DNA from: an uncultured Chloroflexia bacterium
GTDB lineage: Bacteria; Chloroflexota; Limnocylindria; Limnocylindrales; CSP1-4
Length of the DNA: 64,000 bases
Assembly: GCA_963713075.1 (NCBI GenBank)
Contig: CAVQKO010000004.1
Coordinates: 943-64,942 of the forward strand
Direction of reading: 5' to 3'
Shown here: in pieces, positions 50,707 to 61,079 of the stretch
Numbering within the stretch: the first letter of the stretch is position 1
How the letters are laid out: each line of letters starts with the position of its first letter
Made by a program: the position numbers and the translations under genes
Notes under the pieces: model-generated
Told to the model about the DNA's origin: nothing
What the model saw: only the letters and a program-made list of their open reading frames with translations
Database searches by the model: none

Positions 50707-50949
50707 GTGGCAACCGTAGAGCTCATCCCCCGTGCGCCCCGCGAGAAGGACGGCATCGGCTACCTCGAGCGGCGTGCGCTGGCCCTGTGGCCTCGGCTTG
50801 ACCCGGCGGCGCTGCGGCGCTGCCAGCACGACGTTAAGCGGATCGCGGCGCTCGTATCACGGCGCACCTCGATGCCGCCAGAGGGCATCGTGAAGCTGCT
50901 GCTGATGCCGAGCGTCGGCGACGACGAGGTCGGGACCTGGTTCGGCTGA
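50707..50949 (+). CDS. Small hypothetical protein
   Basis: GTG at 50707 with GGGAGACC upstream. The 80-aa product VATVELIPRAPREKDGIGYLERRALALWPRLDPAALRRCQHDVKRIAALVSRR... has non-repetitive composition. Confidence 0.4.
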   Translation: MATVELIPRAPREKDGIGYLERRALALWPRLDPAALRRCQHDVKRIAALVSRRTSMPPEGIVKLLLMPSVGDDEVGTWFG

Positions 50950-51030
50950 GATCCCCCGTGCCAGGGCGGGCGTCCGCGCTGTCGGCGGCGGCGCGCACCG
51001 GGCCGACACCCGGACCGGTCCCCCGCTCGG

Positions 51031-51348
51031 CTACAGCCTGATCAGGTCCGCCAGCTCGACCACGAGGATCGTCGCGCCCGCGTAGCTCACGACGCGGTCC
51101 CGCCAGTCGCGGAGCCGCTCGGTCAGCACCAGCGGCAGTTCGACCTCGCGGCCGGCACAGTTGGCGCGGAACAGGTCGACGACCGCGCCCAGAGTCTCGT
51201 CCCTGACCGCGAGCACCAGCGTGACGTTGGCCGTGTCGAGGAAGCCGCCAGTCGACGTGAGGCGCGTGAACCGGTGGCCGGCGTCGCGAAGGGCGTCCGC
51301 GACACGATCCGCGTCGTCGAGCTGGACGATCGCCACCAGCAGCTTCAT
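51031..51348 (-). CDS. PII-like cyclic-di-AMP receptor family protein (DarA/YaaQ, DUF970-like)
   Basis: MKLLVAIVQLDDADRVADALRDAGHRFTRLTSTGGFL ... VSYAGATILVVEL aligns with the DarA pattern (MKLIVA.VQ ... F.VTKLATTGGFL ... VEVGGATVFV) recalled from memory. Confidence 0.7.
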   Translation of the reverse strand: MKLLVAIVQLDDADRVADALRDAGHRFTRLTSTGGFLDTANVTLVLAVRDETLGAVVDLFRANCAGREVELPLVLTERLRDWRDRVVSYAGATILVVELADLIRL

Positions 51349-51451
51349 CGCTCAACACCTCTCCGCTCAGCGACCGCTCGGGCCGCGTCTCCCCAGATCG
51401 TACCCGCGGGGGAGCAGCGAGACACCGGGCTCGCCGCTTGCAGGTCGCCGG

Positions 51452-52762
51452 TCACGCTGGCCCGCCCGCCTCGTCCACCCCCCGGATCCGCCCGGCCGGC
51501 GACCGCCAGATCGCGACCGCGGAGAACACCGCGCCGAGGATGCCGATCGCGAACGCCGCGCGCAGCCCCAGCGTCTCGCCCACGATCCCGCCGATGAGCG
51601 ACCCCGCCAGGGCGACGATCGTGGTGAGGAACGAGATCGTCCCCCGCACCCGGCCCAGCACCCGGTCATGCACGATCGCCTGGGTCACCGACTGCTCGAC
51701 CACTTCGTAGACCGTGCCGAAGGCATCGCCGACGAGCTGCTGGATCAGCAGGAACGCGCCGCCGACGAGGACGGCCCCCGCTGGCGCCAGCGGGATCAGC
51801 AGGTTGCCCAGCGAGAAGCCGACCAGGCCGACCACCATCGTGCGGCCCGCGCCGAGACGGGCGACGATCTTCGGCGCCGTCGCCGCCCCGACGAGCGAGC
51901 CCAGCCCTCCGAGCGCCGCCACGACGCCGATCGCGGCCGGGCTGAGGCCGATCTCGTCCACCGCGAACAGCAGGTACGTCGCGGAGAACACGCCCCACAG
52001 CAGGTGCGTCCCGGCATGGGCGACCGCGAGCGCCCGCAGGACCGGGCGGCGGGCCACCTCGTCGATCCCCTCGCGGATCTCGCGCAGCACGGGTTCGCGG
52101 TCGGTCGCCGCCGGTCGGGCCGGTTCCGGGCGGCGGATCGTCGCGAGCAGGACCGCCGACGCGATGAACGAGGCCGCGTCGACCGCGATGGCGATCGGCG
52201 CCGTCAGCAGCTGGACCAGGATCCCGCTGATGCCGAAGCCGGTGAACTCGGAGACCGAGGCGGTGGCCGACAGGGCGCTGTTGGCGGTGACCAGCCGGGC
52301 GCGCGCGACGATCGAGGGCAGGTAGGCGGTGCTCGCGGCGTCGAAGAACACCGTGAAGACCGCGGCCAGGAACGCGGCGACGATCAGGTGGGCGAGCGTC
52401 AGGGCGCCCGCGAGGGCGGCGACCGGGATCGAGCCCAGGACCACCGCCCGCCCGAGGTCGGCCGCGATCATGACCGGCCGGCGCCGCAGCCGGTCGACCC
52501 AGGCGCCCGCCGCGAGGCCGAACAGCAGCCAGCCCACGAACTCGAAGCTGCGGATCGCCGACAGCTCGAGGGGTCCGGCGCCAAGGCCGTAGATCGCGGC
52601 CAGCGGCAGCGCCGTCCTCGTCACGAAGGAGCCGAGGTAGGAGACCGTGGCGGCAGACCACAGCCGCACGAACGCGCCGTTGCGCCAGATCGACGCACCG
52701 CCCGCGGGGCCGCTGCCGACCTCGCGGGCGTCCGGGACGGGGTCCGCTGCCGCCTCGCTCAT
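51452..52762 (-). CDS. MFS transporter
   Basis: ATG at 52762. Twelve hydrophobic segments and an MFS-like loop (GAWVDRLRRRPVMIAADLGR). Confidence 0.8.
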   Translation of the reverse strand: MSEAAADPVPDAREVGSGPAGGASIWRNGAFVRLWSAATVSYLGSFVTRTALPLAAIYGLGAGPLELSAIRSFEFVGWLLFGLAAGAWVDRLRRRPVMIAADLGRAVVLGSIPVAALAGALTLAHLIVAAFLAAVFTVFFDAASTAYLPSIVARARLVTANSALSATASVSEFTGFGISGILVQLLTAPIAIAVDAASFIASAVLLATIRRPEPARPAATDREPVLREIREGIDEVARRPVLRALAVAHAGTHLLWGVFSATYLLFAVDEIGLSPAAIGVVAALGGLGSLVGAATAPKIVARLGAGRTMVVGLVGFSLGNLLIPLAPAGAVLVGGAFLLIQQLVGDAFGTVYEVVEQSVTQAIVHDRVLGRVRGTISFLTTIVALAGSLIGGIVGETLGLRAAFAIGILGAVFSAVAIWRSPAGRIRGVDEAGGPA

Positions 52763-52936
52763 GGGTGGGGATGATCCCATGCCCAGCGGCCGGCAACACG
52801 CCAGTAGGTCTCCGGTCATCGCGCACGCCGCTCGTGGGCAAGGGCCGTCGGGCGGGTCGCGCGGCGCGGCGTGCGCGGTGACGGCCGCCCCGGGCCCGGG
52901 TGGGTCGGGGGCGGTCGAATCGCGCCTGGTCGCGGG

Positions 52937-53300
52937 CTAGGAGTCGGTGGGCCCCGCCAGCAGGAACTGCATGCCCAGGAGCCCTTCGATGGAGAACGTG
53001 TCGCCGGCCCCGGATGCGGCGTCGATCACCAGCTCGGGGCGGTTCCACCGCTCGTACATCTCACGATCGATGTAGAAGTCGGCGCCGGCGACCGACCCGA
53101 TGAGCAGGTCGCCTGGACCGACCATCAGATCGCCCCGCCGGAGGCAGATCGGCTCGCTGCCACCGCAGCAGCCGCCCGACTGGAGGAAGACCAGCGGCCC
53201 GTGCTCCGCCGCCAGGCGCTCGATGAGCTCGAGCGCCCGGGGCGTTGCGCTGACCGAGCCCCCCGCCGGCGGGCGGTCGGGCTGCGGCCCAGTGCCGGGG

Positions 53301-53320
<20 letters not shown>
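52937..53320 (-). CDS. DUF779-family protein (aldehyde dehydrogenase-associated)
   Basis: Core [21 protein letters not shown] resembles the DUF779 QSGGCCDGS motif. Its start overlaps the ALDH stop. Confidence 0.65.
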
Positions 53321-54842
<1,522 letters not shown>

Positions 54843-55073
54843 GGGTGCTGCCTCCTTCCGGCGGGCCCCGCCGACGACCTGTGTCAACTCGCCCGCACCG
54901 TCGCCACGAGCCCTCCGCGGAGGGCTCCTCAAACCGCGACGCCGTCGAGAGCGCATGCCATCGGGCTGTCGAGGGCGTATCGGCCGGCACCATCATTCAG
55001 TTCACTATGTTGTGGCCCACAGAGCCGAATGTCACAATATGTTGGAAGTCCATCGCCGATGCGCCGCCGATGG

Positions 55074-55087
55074 TTCAGTATTCTGAA
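55074..55087. promoter_or_regulatory. Inverted repeat TTCAG-N4-CTGAA (candidate operator) about 30 nt upstream of the XRE regulator start, within a low-GC divergent promoter region
   Basis: TTCAGTATTCTGAA seen at 55074-55087. The surrounding 54980-55115 is markedly AT-richer than the genome and carries repeats CACTATGTTGTGG (55003-55015) and CACAATATGTTGG (55033-55045). Confidence 0.35.
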
Positions 55088-55117
55088 ATCTAGGTTCCGG
55101 ATAGCATCAGCAGTGTC

Positions 55118-55900
55118 ATGAGCGACGGAGACGCCACCACCGAGGCCGCACGGCGCACGCTCGATCCCGGCACCCAGGGCGGCGCGTCCGCCGGGCTGGG
55201 CGTCGCGATCCGGCGCGTCCGGGCCGGCCGCTACACCCTCGCCGAGCTGGCGGAGCACGCCGGGCTGAGCGTGGGCCTGCTGAGCCTCATCGAGCGCGGG
55301 CGCGGCAACCCGTCGCTCGCCACCCTCGCCCGTCTCGCCGACGCGCTCGGGATGACCCTCGTCGAGCTGGTGGCGGCGGCGGTCGAGCCGCTCGGCGATG
55401 GGCCCGCGCCGGTGGCCGGTGCCGCCGCCCCGTCGCCGGCCCGGGCGGTGGAGCCGGCCCGGGCGGTGGAGGTCCTGCAGCCGGAGGAGGCCCCGATCCC
55501 CGGCTGGGCGTCGTCGATGACCCTGCGCAGCGGCCAAGAGGCGACCGTCCTCGTCCACCAGGGCGCGCTCGAGTTGAGCCTCCGCGACCGCAGCGGGGAG
55601 TTCGCGTCGGCCGAGGACGCTCCGCCCCTGTCGGTCGACCTGTCGGTCCGCTCGACCGCCGGCGAGCAGCCGATGGAACTGCCGGGCGTCGACGACCCCC
55701 GCTGGCTCGACGTCGTCCGCGGAGCCACGCCCTTCCGCCCGTCATCACTGCCCGGGCAGCTGCTGTTCACGCACGTCGTCCGGTGCACCCGCCAGGACCC
55801 CTCGTCGCAGACTCTCGAGCACTGGATCGGCGAGCTGCGGGGATTCCTGGTGACCGAGCCGCTGCCCCGGGCCGAGCTGGAGCGGATCTTCGGTGGCTGA
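55118..55900 (+). CDS. XRE-family (Cro/C1-type HTH) transcriptional regulator with C-terminal sensor domain
   Basis: HTH_3 segment IRRVRAGRYTLAELAEHAGLSVGLLSLIERGRGNPSLATLARLADALG. Confidence 0.75.
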   Translation: MSDGDATTEAARRTLDPGTQGGASAGLGVAIRRVRAGRYTLAELAEHAGLSVGLLSLIERGRGNPSLATLARLADALGMTLVELVAAAVEPLGDGPAPVAGAAAPSPARAVEPARAVEVLQPEEAPIPGWASSMTLRSGQEATVLVHQGALELSLRDRSGEFASAEDAPPLSVDLSVRSTAGEQPMELPGVDDPRWLDVVRGATPFRPSSLPGQLLFTHVVRCTRQDPSSQTLEHWIGELRGFLVTEPLPRAELERIFGG

Positions 55901-56900
55901 GGCCGCGCGCCTGATGGCCGGCACGATGCGCACCCTCGAGGACGCCGCGGCGATCCTGGCGACCGGCGCCGTCGCGGTCGTGGCCGCGTCGGACGGCCTC
56001 CTGCGCCAGCTGCCGAAGGGGAACTGGATCGGCGGCACGATGCGCTACTTCATGACGCCCGAGGGCGGCCTCGAGAGCAGCGACCGACTGCTGGTGATGG
56101 AGCTGCCGGTGGAGCGGGACGCGGTCACCATCCGGAGCTACGGGCCGGCGGATCTGGCGCACATCCCCGACGACGCGCCCGAGTGGGGCTTCTCCATCGT
56201 CATCATCCCGTCCGGCAGCGACGCCCACGTCACGTACGCCGAGCGCGCCCCGTACTTCCGCGGACTGTTCGAGACGCCGGTCGTGGGCTGGGTCTCGGGC
56301 GTGCGGCTGGCCGACCTGGGCAGCGTGGCGCCGCTCGTGTTCGACGGCCGGACTGGCCACCCCGAGGCCGACCGCGCGGTCGCGCTGCACGCCCGTCTGC
56401 CGCGCACCAAGGCCGCCCGGATCGGGATCGTCAACCTGTTCCGCGGCGGCACCGGCGACGTCATCACGTTCCCCGCCGAGGGGCTCGAGGCGGGCGACTG
56501 CCTCGTCAACGGCCAGCCCGCCAACCTCGCCCGCCACCTCGTCGAGGTGGGGGCCGACACCCGACTGCCGCTGGTCGCCGACTACGCCGGCGTGGCAATC
56601 AACACCAGCTTCCAGTCGGTCGATGCGGCGTCCGGCGTCGTCCGCTTCTACGCGCCGGTGTTCAGCGGCATCGAGTACCGCCTGGCGGCCCCGGTGCCCG
56701 ACTATGCGGCCGCCTTCGCCGCGGCCGTCGCCGAGGTCCCGGCCGACGCCGTGTTCGCCTGCAACTGCATCCTCAACTACGTCTATGGCGAGCTCGAGGG
56801 CCGTCCGGTGGGGCACGTGGTGGGCCCCATGACGTTCGGCGAGATCGCCTACCAGCTGCTCAACCAGACCCTCGTCCGGCTGTCGATCGTCGACGTCTAG
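55893..56900 (+). CDS. Hypothetical protein co-transcribed with the XRE regulator
   Basis: Start ATG at 55893 overlaps the regulator stop. 335-aa non-repetitive ORF; family not recognised. Confidence 0.55.
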   Translation: MAEAARLMAGTMRTLEDAAAILATGAVAVVAASDGLLRQLPKGNWIGGTMRYFMTPEGGLESSDRLLVMELPVERDAVTIRSYGPADLAHIPDDAPEWGFSIVIIPSGSDAHVTYAERAPYFRGLFETPVVGWVSGVRLADLGSVAPLVFDGRTGHPEADRAVALHARLPRTKAARIGIVNLFRGGTGDVITFPAEGLEAGDCLVNGQPANLARHLVEVGADTRLPLVADYAGVAINTSFQSVDAASGVVRFYAPVFSGIEYRLAAPVPDYAAAFAAAVAEVPADAVFACNCILNYVYGELEGRPVGHVVGPMTFGEIAYQLLNQTLVRLSIVDV

Positions 56901-57117
56901 GGCGGCCGTGCCCGGGCCGGGTCTCGCCCGCCGTGGAGCGCAACTCGAAGCGGCTGGACCTGACCGACCGCCCGCGCGCGGCCACGAGCGCCGATAGCGG
57001 GTAGGCTGTGCGGCGAGAGCTCATCTCCTCAGCCACACCTGCCCAGGCCCGGCCACCGCAGCCGGCGAGGCGCCGCCGCGGCGTTGCGCACCGGTCCCGG
57101 ACCTGGGTCCGTAACGC

Positions 57118-58065
57118 ATGGTGGTCCCACTGCCGTCCCCCCTCGACCTCCTGACCGCCTGGTCGTTCGACCTCTCGGTCCAGCTCCCGCTGCTCGCCTC
57201 CGCGGCCGGCTTCCTGTGGGCCGTCAGGCGGATCCGGCGCCAGCACCCCGGCAACCCCGTCCCCGCGTGGCGCGTGGTGTCGCTCCTGGCCGGCCTGGCC
57301 GCCATCGAGCTCGCCCTCCAGGGGGTCGTGGGCCAGTACGACGACACGCTGTTCGTCGCCCACATGGCCCAGCACCTGCTGCTGATGCTCCTGGCGGCGC
57401 CGCTGATCGTGCTCGGGACACCTGTCACCGTCGCGCTCAGGGTCGCGACCCCGGGCGTCCGCCGCCGCTGGCTGCTGCCGATCCTGCACAGCCGGGCGGT
57501 CGCGCTCCTGAGCCACCCGATCCTCGGCCTGGCCCTGTTCACCGGATCGCTGTGGATCACGCACTTCTCGCCGATCTACGAGCTGGCCCTCGAGAACAGC
57601 GTGGTGCACGACCTGGAGCACGTGGCGTACCTCGTCTCCGCGCTGCTCTTCTGGGGGCCGGTCCTCGGCGCCGACCCGGTCCGGTTGCGGGTGCCGGTCA
57701 TCGTGCGCTTCGTCGCGATCCTGGTCGCGATGGCGCAAGGCAGCCTCCTGGGCGTCGTCATCCTGCTGGCGGCGACGCCCCTCTACTCGACCTACGCGAA
57801 CCTGCACCTCGGCTACATCACGCCGCTCGCGGACCAGCAGATGGCCGGCGCCGCGATGTGGGTCGTGAGCGCGGTCCTGATCCCGCTGTGGGGCGCCCTG
57901 GTCTTCAACGACTGGATGCGCGCCGAAGAGGAGAAGAGCGTCCGCGAGGACGCGCGGCTTGCACGCGTTCTGGCAGCTCGGCGGTCGCTGGCGGCCGGGG
58001 GGCGTCAGCCGGTGGCGTCGCCGGCCGGGGGCGACGCGGGCGGACGCGCCGGTCCCGCACGCTGA
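57118..58065 (+). CDS. ctaG: Cytochrome c oxidase assembly factor CtaG (Caa3_CtaG family) membrane protein
   Basis: Seven TM helices and the conserved MAQHLLLMLLAAPLIVLG and WGPVLG segments. Confidence 0.75.
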   Translation: MVVPLPSPLDLLTAWSFDLSVQLPLLASAAGFLWAVRRIRRQHPGNPVPAWRVVSLLAGLAAIELALQGVVGQYDDTLFVAHMAQHLLLMLLAAPLIVLGTPVTVALRVATPGVRRRWLLPILHSRAVALLSHPILGLALFTGSLWITHFSPIYELALENSVVHDLEHVAYLVSALLFWGPVLGADPVRLRVPVIVRFVAILVAMAQGSLLGVVILLAATPLYSTYANLHLGYITPLADQQMAGAAMWVVSAVLIPLWGALVFNDWMRAEEEKSVREDARLARVLAARRSLAAGGRQPVASPAGGDAGGRAGPAR

Positions 58066-58155
58066 GGGCGCCGCGAGGCGTTGCACACGCCCGCGGCTCG
58101 GGGAGGCACTGCGCCGGGGGCGCGGCTCGCGAGGTTCCGATAGCGCCGAGGTGGG

Positions 58156-58572
58156 TCAGCGCGCCGGGCCGCGTTGCGCCGGCCATCCGGCGAAGGCGCG
58201 GAGGCTGGCGAGCAGTTGACGCTCGGTGAGCCGACCGGCCTTCTCGACCTCGATCCGCCGCCTGCGCCCGTGGCCGTCGTCGGCGGTCCGGACGAGCGCG
58301 GCGAAGTGGTCGACCACCTCGCCGTCGCCCACCAGGAGGAGATCGTCGTCGTCCGGCAGCGCCTGCGCGATCTGCGCGAAGAAGCGCCGCATGTGCTCGT
58401 CGCGGTGCCCCTCCCTGGCGGGGTGCTTCTCCGTGGGCGGCGCACCGGTGGAGCGGTGCCGGCCCGGGACCGTCGAGTCGATGCGATGGCGCACGGTGAG
58501 CTCGGGGGTCCAGCGCAACATCGTGGCCAATTCGGCGGAGATCCAGATACCGGTGGCGTGGGGACCGGTCAT
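58156..58572 (-). CDS. Hypothetical protein
   Basis: ATG at 58572 preceded by GGAAAGGAGAG. 138-aa product MTGPHATGIWISAELATMLRWTPELTVRHRIDSTVPG... . Confidence 0.5.
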   Translation of the reverse strand: MTGPHATGIWISAELATMLRWTPELTVRHRIDSTVPGRHRSTGAPPTEKHPAREGHRDEHMRRFFAQIAQALPDDDDLLLVGDGEVVDHFAALVRTADDGHGRRRRIEVEKAGRLTERQLLASLRAFAGWPAQRGPAR

Positions 58573-59600
58573 CACATCTCTCCTTTCCGGTGCCGCGGAG
58601 GCCGGCAGGGCCCCCGTCGGCGCGATCTGGCCAATCCCCAGGCGGGATTGCCGTCGGCGGGCGGAGCGGGGGCCATCCACATCGGAGTCTCGGCCGTCCG
58701 CGCGCCAATTCGACAGAGCCCCCTCCCGCGGCTCAGCCGAACCAAGTGGCGAGGTCCTCCCGCGTGATCAGGGAGGCCGCGCCCGGCGCCGTGAGTCGGC
58801 GCATCGGGGAGCCGTTGGCGGACGGCGGCGGCGGCGCTGCTCCCGAGAGGTGCCGTCTGGCCACAGCATCGCCGAGCACGGTCGCGATCGCCCGAAACCC
58901 AGCCCGGACCTCGGCGCCCGTCGCCTGGCCGCGGACGGCCGTGAGCGGCGGGACCGTCGGGGCGGCCGTGGTCGCCTCCTGACGCGGTTCAGACGGGCCG
59001 GGCCGGTTCTGCGTCATCGCCCGGTGCCCGTCGTGCGTTCGCTGCCATGGAGCTGGGCCAGATGCCGCCTGCCTTGCCCAGAGCCGGGGCTGTCCGCCGC
59101 CCGACGTGGACCGGACATGCTGCTCGGACTCGATCGCGCGGCGCGCGGCCGATCCTGGGCGCGAGTGGCTGGCCAGCAGCGCCAGCCGCCGGTCCGAGCT
59201 CGCGGCGAGGCACGGACCGCGCCCGAACGCCGGCGAGCCGTGCGCGTGGCAGCGCCACAGGCTCAGGCCGGTTGGGTTGACCTCGCAGCCCGTGGCAACG
59301 GACCGCGCCCGCAGCGTGTCGATGGAGCGGGCGTTCATGACCCGTACCCCATGCCGGCGGGCGGGCAGGGCGATCGCCACGGGATCGCGGCCGTCGGCGG
59401 GAAGCGACGTGCGGACTCGAGGGGAGGAGCGTTGGGTGTCTGCACAGTGTGGCCTCGTTCCCGGGTGTCGCGATGGACCGGCGGGCGGGCGCCGCTCGGG
59501 CGTCAGCGTCACCGGCGGCGTTCGCGCCCGATGTCGACAGCCTCTCGCGGCCTATCGTCTGTCTTGAACCATTCGTTATTGTATGGTACATTGCGAACTA

Positions 59601-60152
59601 ATGTCAATCGAGCCGCTGACCCCGACCGCGTACCTCGTCCTCGGGTTGCTCGCGCGCGAAGGCCCGTCCACACCGTACGAGCTGAAGCGCCACGTGGCGG
59701 CGACGCTCGGCCACTTCTGGTCGTTCCCGCACAGCCTCCTCTACGGCGAGCCCGCCCACCTGGCGGGGCTGGGGCTGCTCAGCGAGGAGCGGGAGGACGG
59801 CGGGCGCCGACGTCGCGTGTTCACGATCACACCGGCCGGGCTGGCTGCGCTCCGCGCCTGGCTCGGCCAGCCGTCACGGGAGCCGACGGAGCTCCGCGAC
59901 CTCGGGCTCCTGCAGCTGTTCTTCGCCGATCTTGGCCCTCCCGAGGCACGACGCGCGATCGCCGCGCAGCAGGTGGCGATCCACAGCGCGAAGCTCGTCG
60001 AGTACGAGGAGGACCAGCGGGCCGAGCAAAGGCCCTCGCGGTGCCGGTCCGGGCCACCGCACCGCCGAGCGCTGGCACGGGGAGACCGTCCGAATGGGCC
60101 TGCTCTACGAGCGTGCCGCCGTGGAGTTCTGGGCGGGAATCGCTCGGGATGA
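59601..60152 (+). CDS. PadR-family transcriptional regulator (C-terminus possibly frameshifted)
   Basis: Winged-helix PTAYLVLGLLAREGPSTPYELKRHVAATLGHFWSFPHSLLYGEPAHLAGLGLL ... RRVFTITPAGLAAL. ATG 59583 is an alternative start. An overlapping +1 frame ORF reaches 60219. Confidence 0.65.
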   Translation: MSIEPLTPTAYLVLGLLAREGPSTPYELKRHVAATLGHFWSFPHSLLYGEPAHLAGLGLLSEEREDGGRRRRVFTITPAGLAALRAWLGQPSREPTELRDLGLLQLFFADLGPPEARRAIAAQQVAIHSAKLVEYEEDQRAEQRPSRCRSGPPHRRALARGDRPNGPALRACRRGVLGGNRSG

Positions 60153-60797
60153 CGGTCTGCCGGACGCTGCTGGGGCCCATGCGCCAGCCGAGGACGAAGC
60201 GGCCACACCAGTGAGCTGAGCCGGACGGGACCTGTTCGGCGATGGGCATGATCAGCCCCACGACGGACCACGATGTCGCCGGACGCGGGCCACCGCGGGC
60301 GGCGCACGCGAGGCGCGGTGCGTGTCCCCCTCGGGTCCTCGCTCGATGCCGCCACGCCCGCAGCCCGGCCGGTGCGTGGACGACCGCGTAGCAGCCGCTG
60401 TAGGCGTACGCCAGGCCGGCCAGGCAGTCGATCAGCCAGTGGTCGCGCAGGAACAGCCGCCCCGGCCGGCCAGCACGGCGGCCAGGCCAAGCGCCACGGC
60501 CAGCGCGTCGGGCGTGACGGCCACCCCAGCGGCGACCATGAGGACCACCACCAGAGCGCAGGAGGCGAGGACAGCGGCCACCAGGAGCCGGTCGTTCCGC
60601 CGGCGCAGGGCCGCGGTCGCCATCAAGGGCGCGTTCACGTTGACGGCCACGGCGAGGGGCTCTATCGCGACTGCCCGCGACCCGGCGCCGCATCGTGGCG
60701 GCGGTGGGGTCGCGGAGCGGCGGCGCTGTGCCCGGCCGGCCTCGGTGCTGCCGGAGGGATGCGGCCGTTGCGCCCCCCAGCCGGCTTCGCACGACCG

Positions 60798-60866
60798 CTA
60801 GGCCGCGCCGGTGGCCTTCGGCTTCGAGGCCTTCGGCTTCTTGGGGGTCTTCGCCTTCTTGTCCAT
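60798..60866 (-). CDS. Candidate small ORF encoding a 22-aa Lys/Pro-rich peptide (MDKKAKTPKKPKASKPKATGAA)
   Basis: ATG at 60866 has GAGGAG 7 nt upstream; TAG stop at 60798-60800. It lies in a region otherwise lacking credible genes. Confidence 0.25.
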   Translation of the reverse strand: MDKKAKTPKKPKASKPKATGAA

Positions 60867-61079
60867 GGCACGTCTCCTCGGACTTGCCGCGCATCGCGGC
60901 TTGGTCGGCGACCGTCGCCGCCCCAGCATCATGCGCCCGCAGCGCGAGAACCGCGTCGCGTCCGAGGCCCAAGGCAATCCAACAGGATGGGGACGGCCGC
61001 AACCTGACCGAGCTGGCAGAGGGATCGGAGAGTTGGAGCGTGGCCGTGAAGTACCTGATTCGCCGTGATGGGCGCCGGG

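Noticed and set aside
60432-60650. 72-aa Ala-rich hydrophobic ORF as a small membrane protein
   Set aside because: No SD, GTG start, and composition indistinguishable from GC-driven poly-Ala/Val noise.
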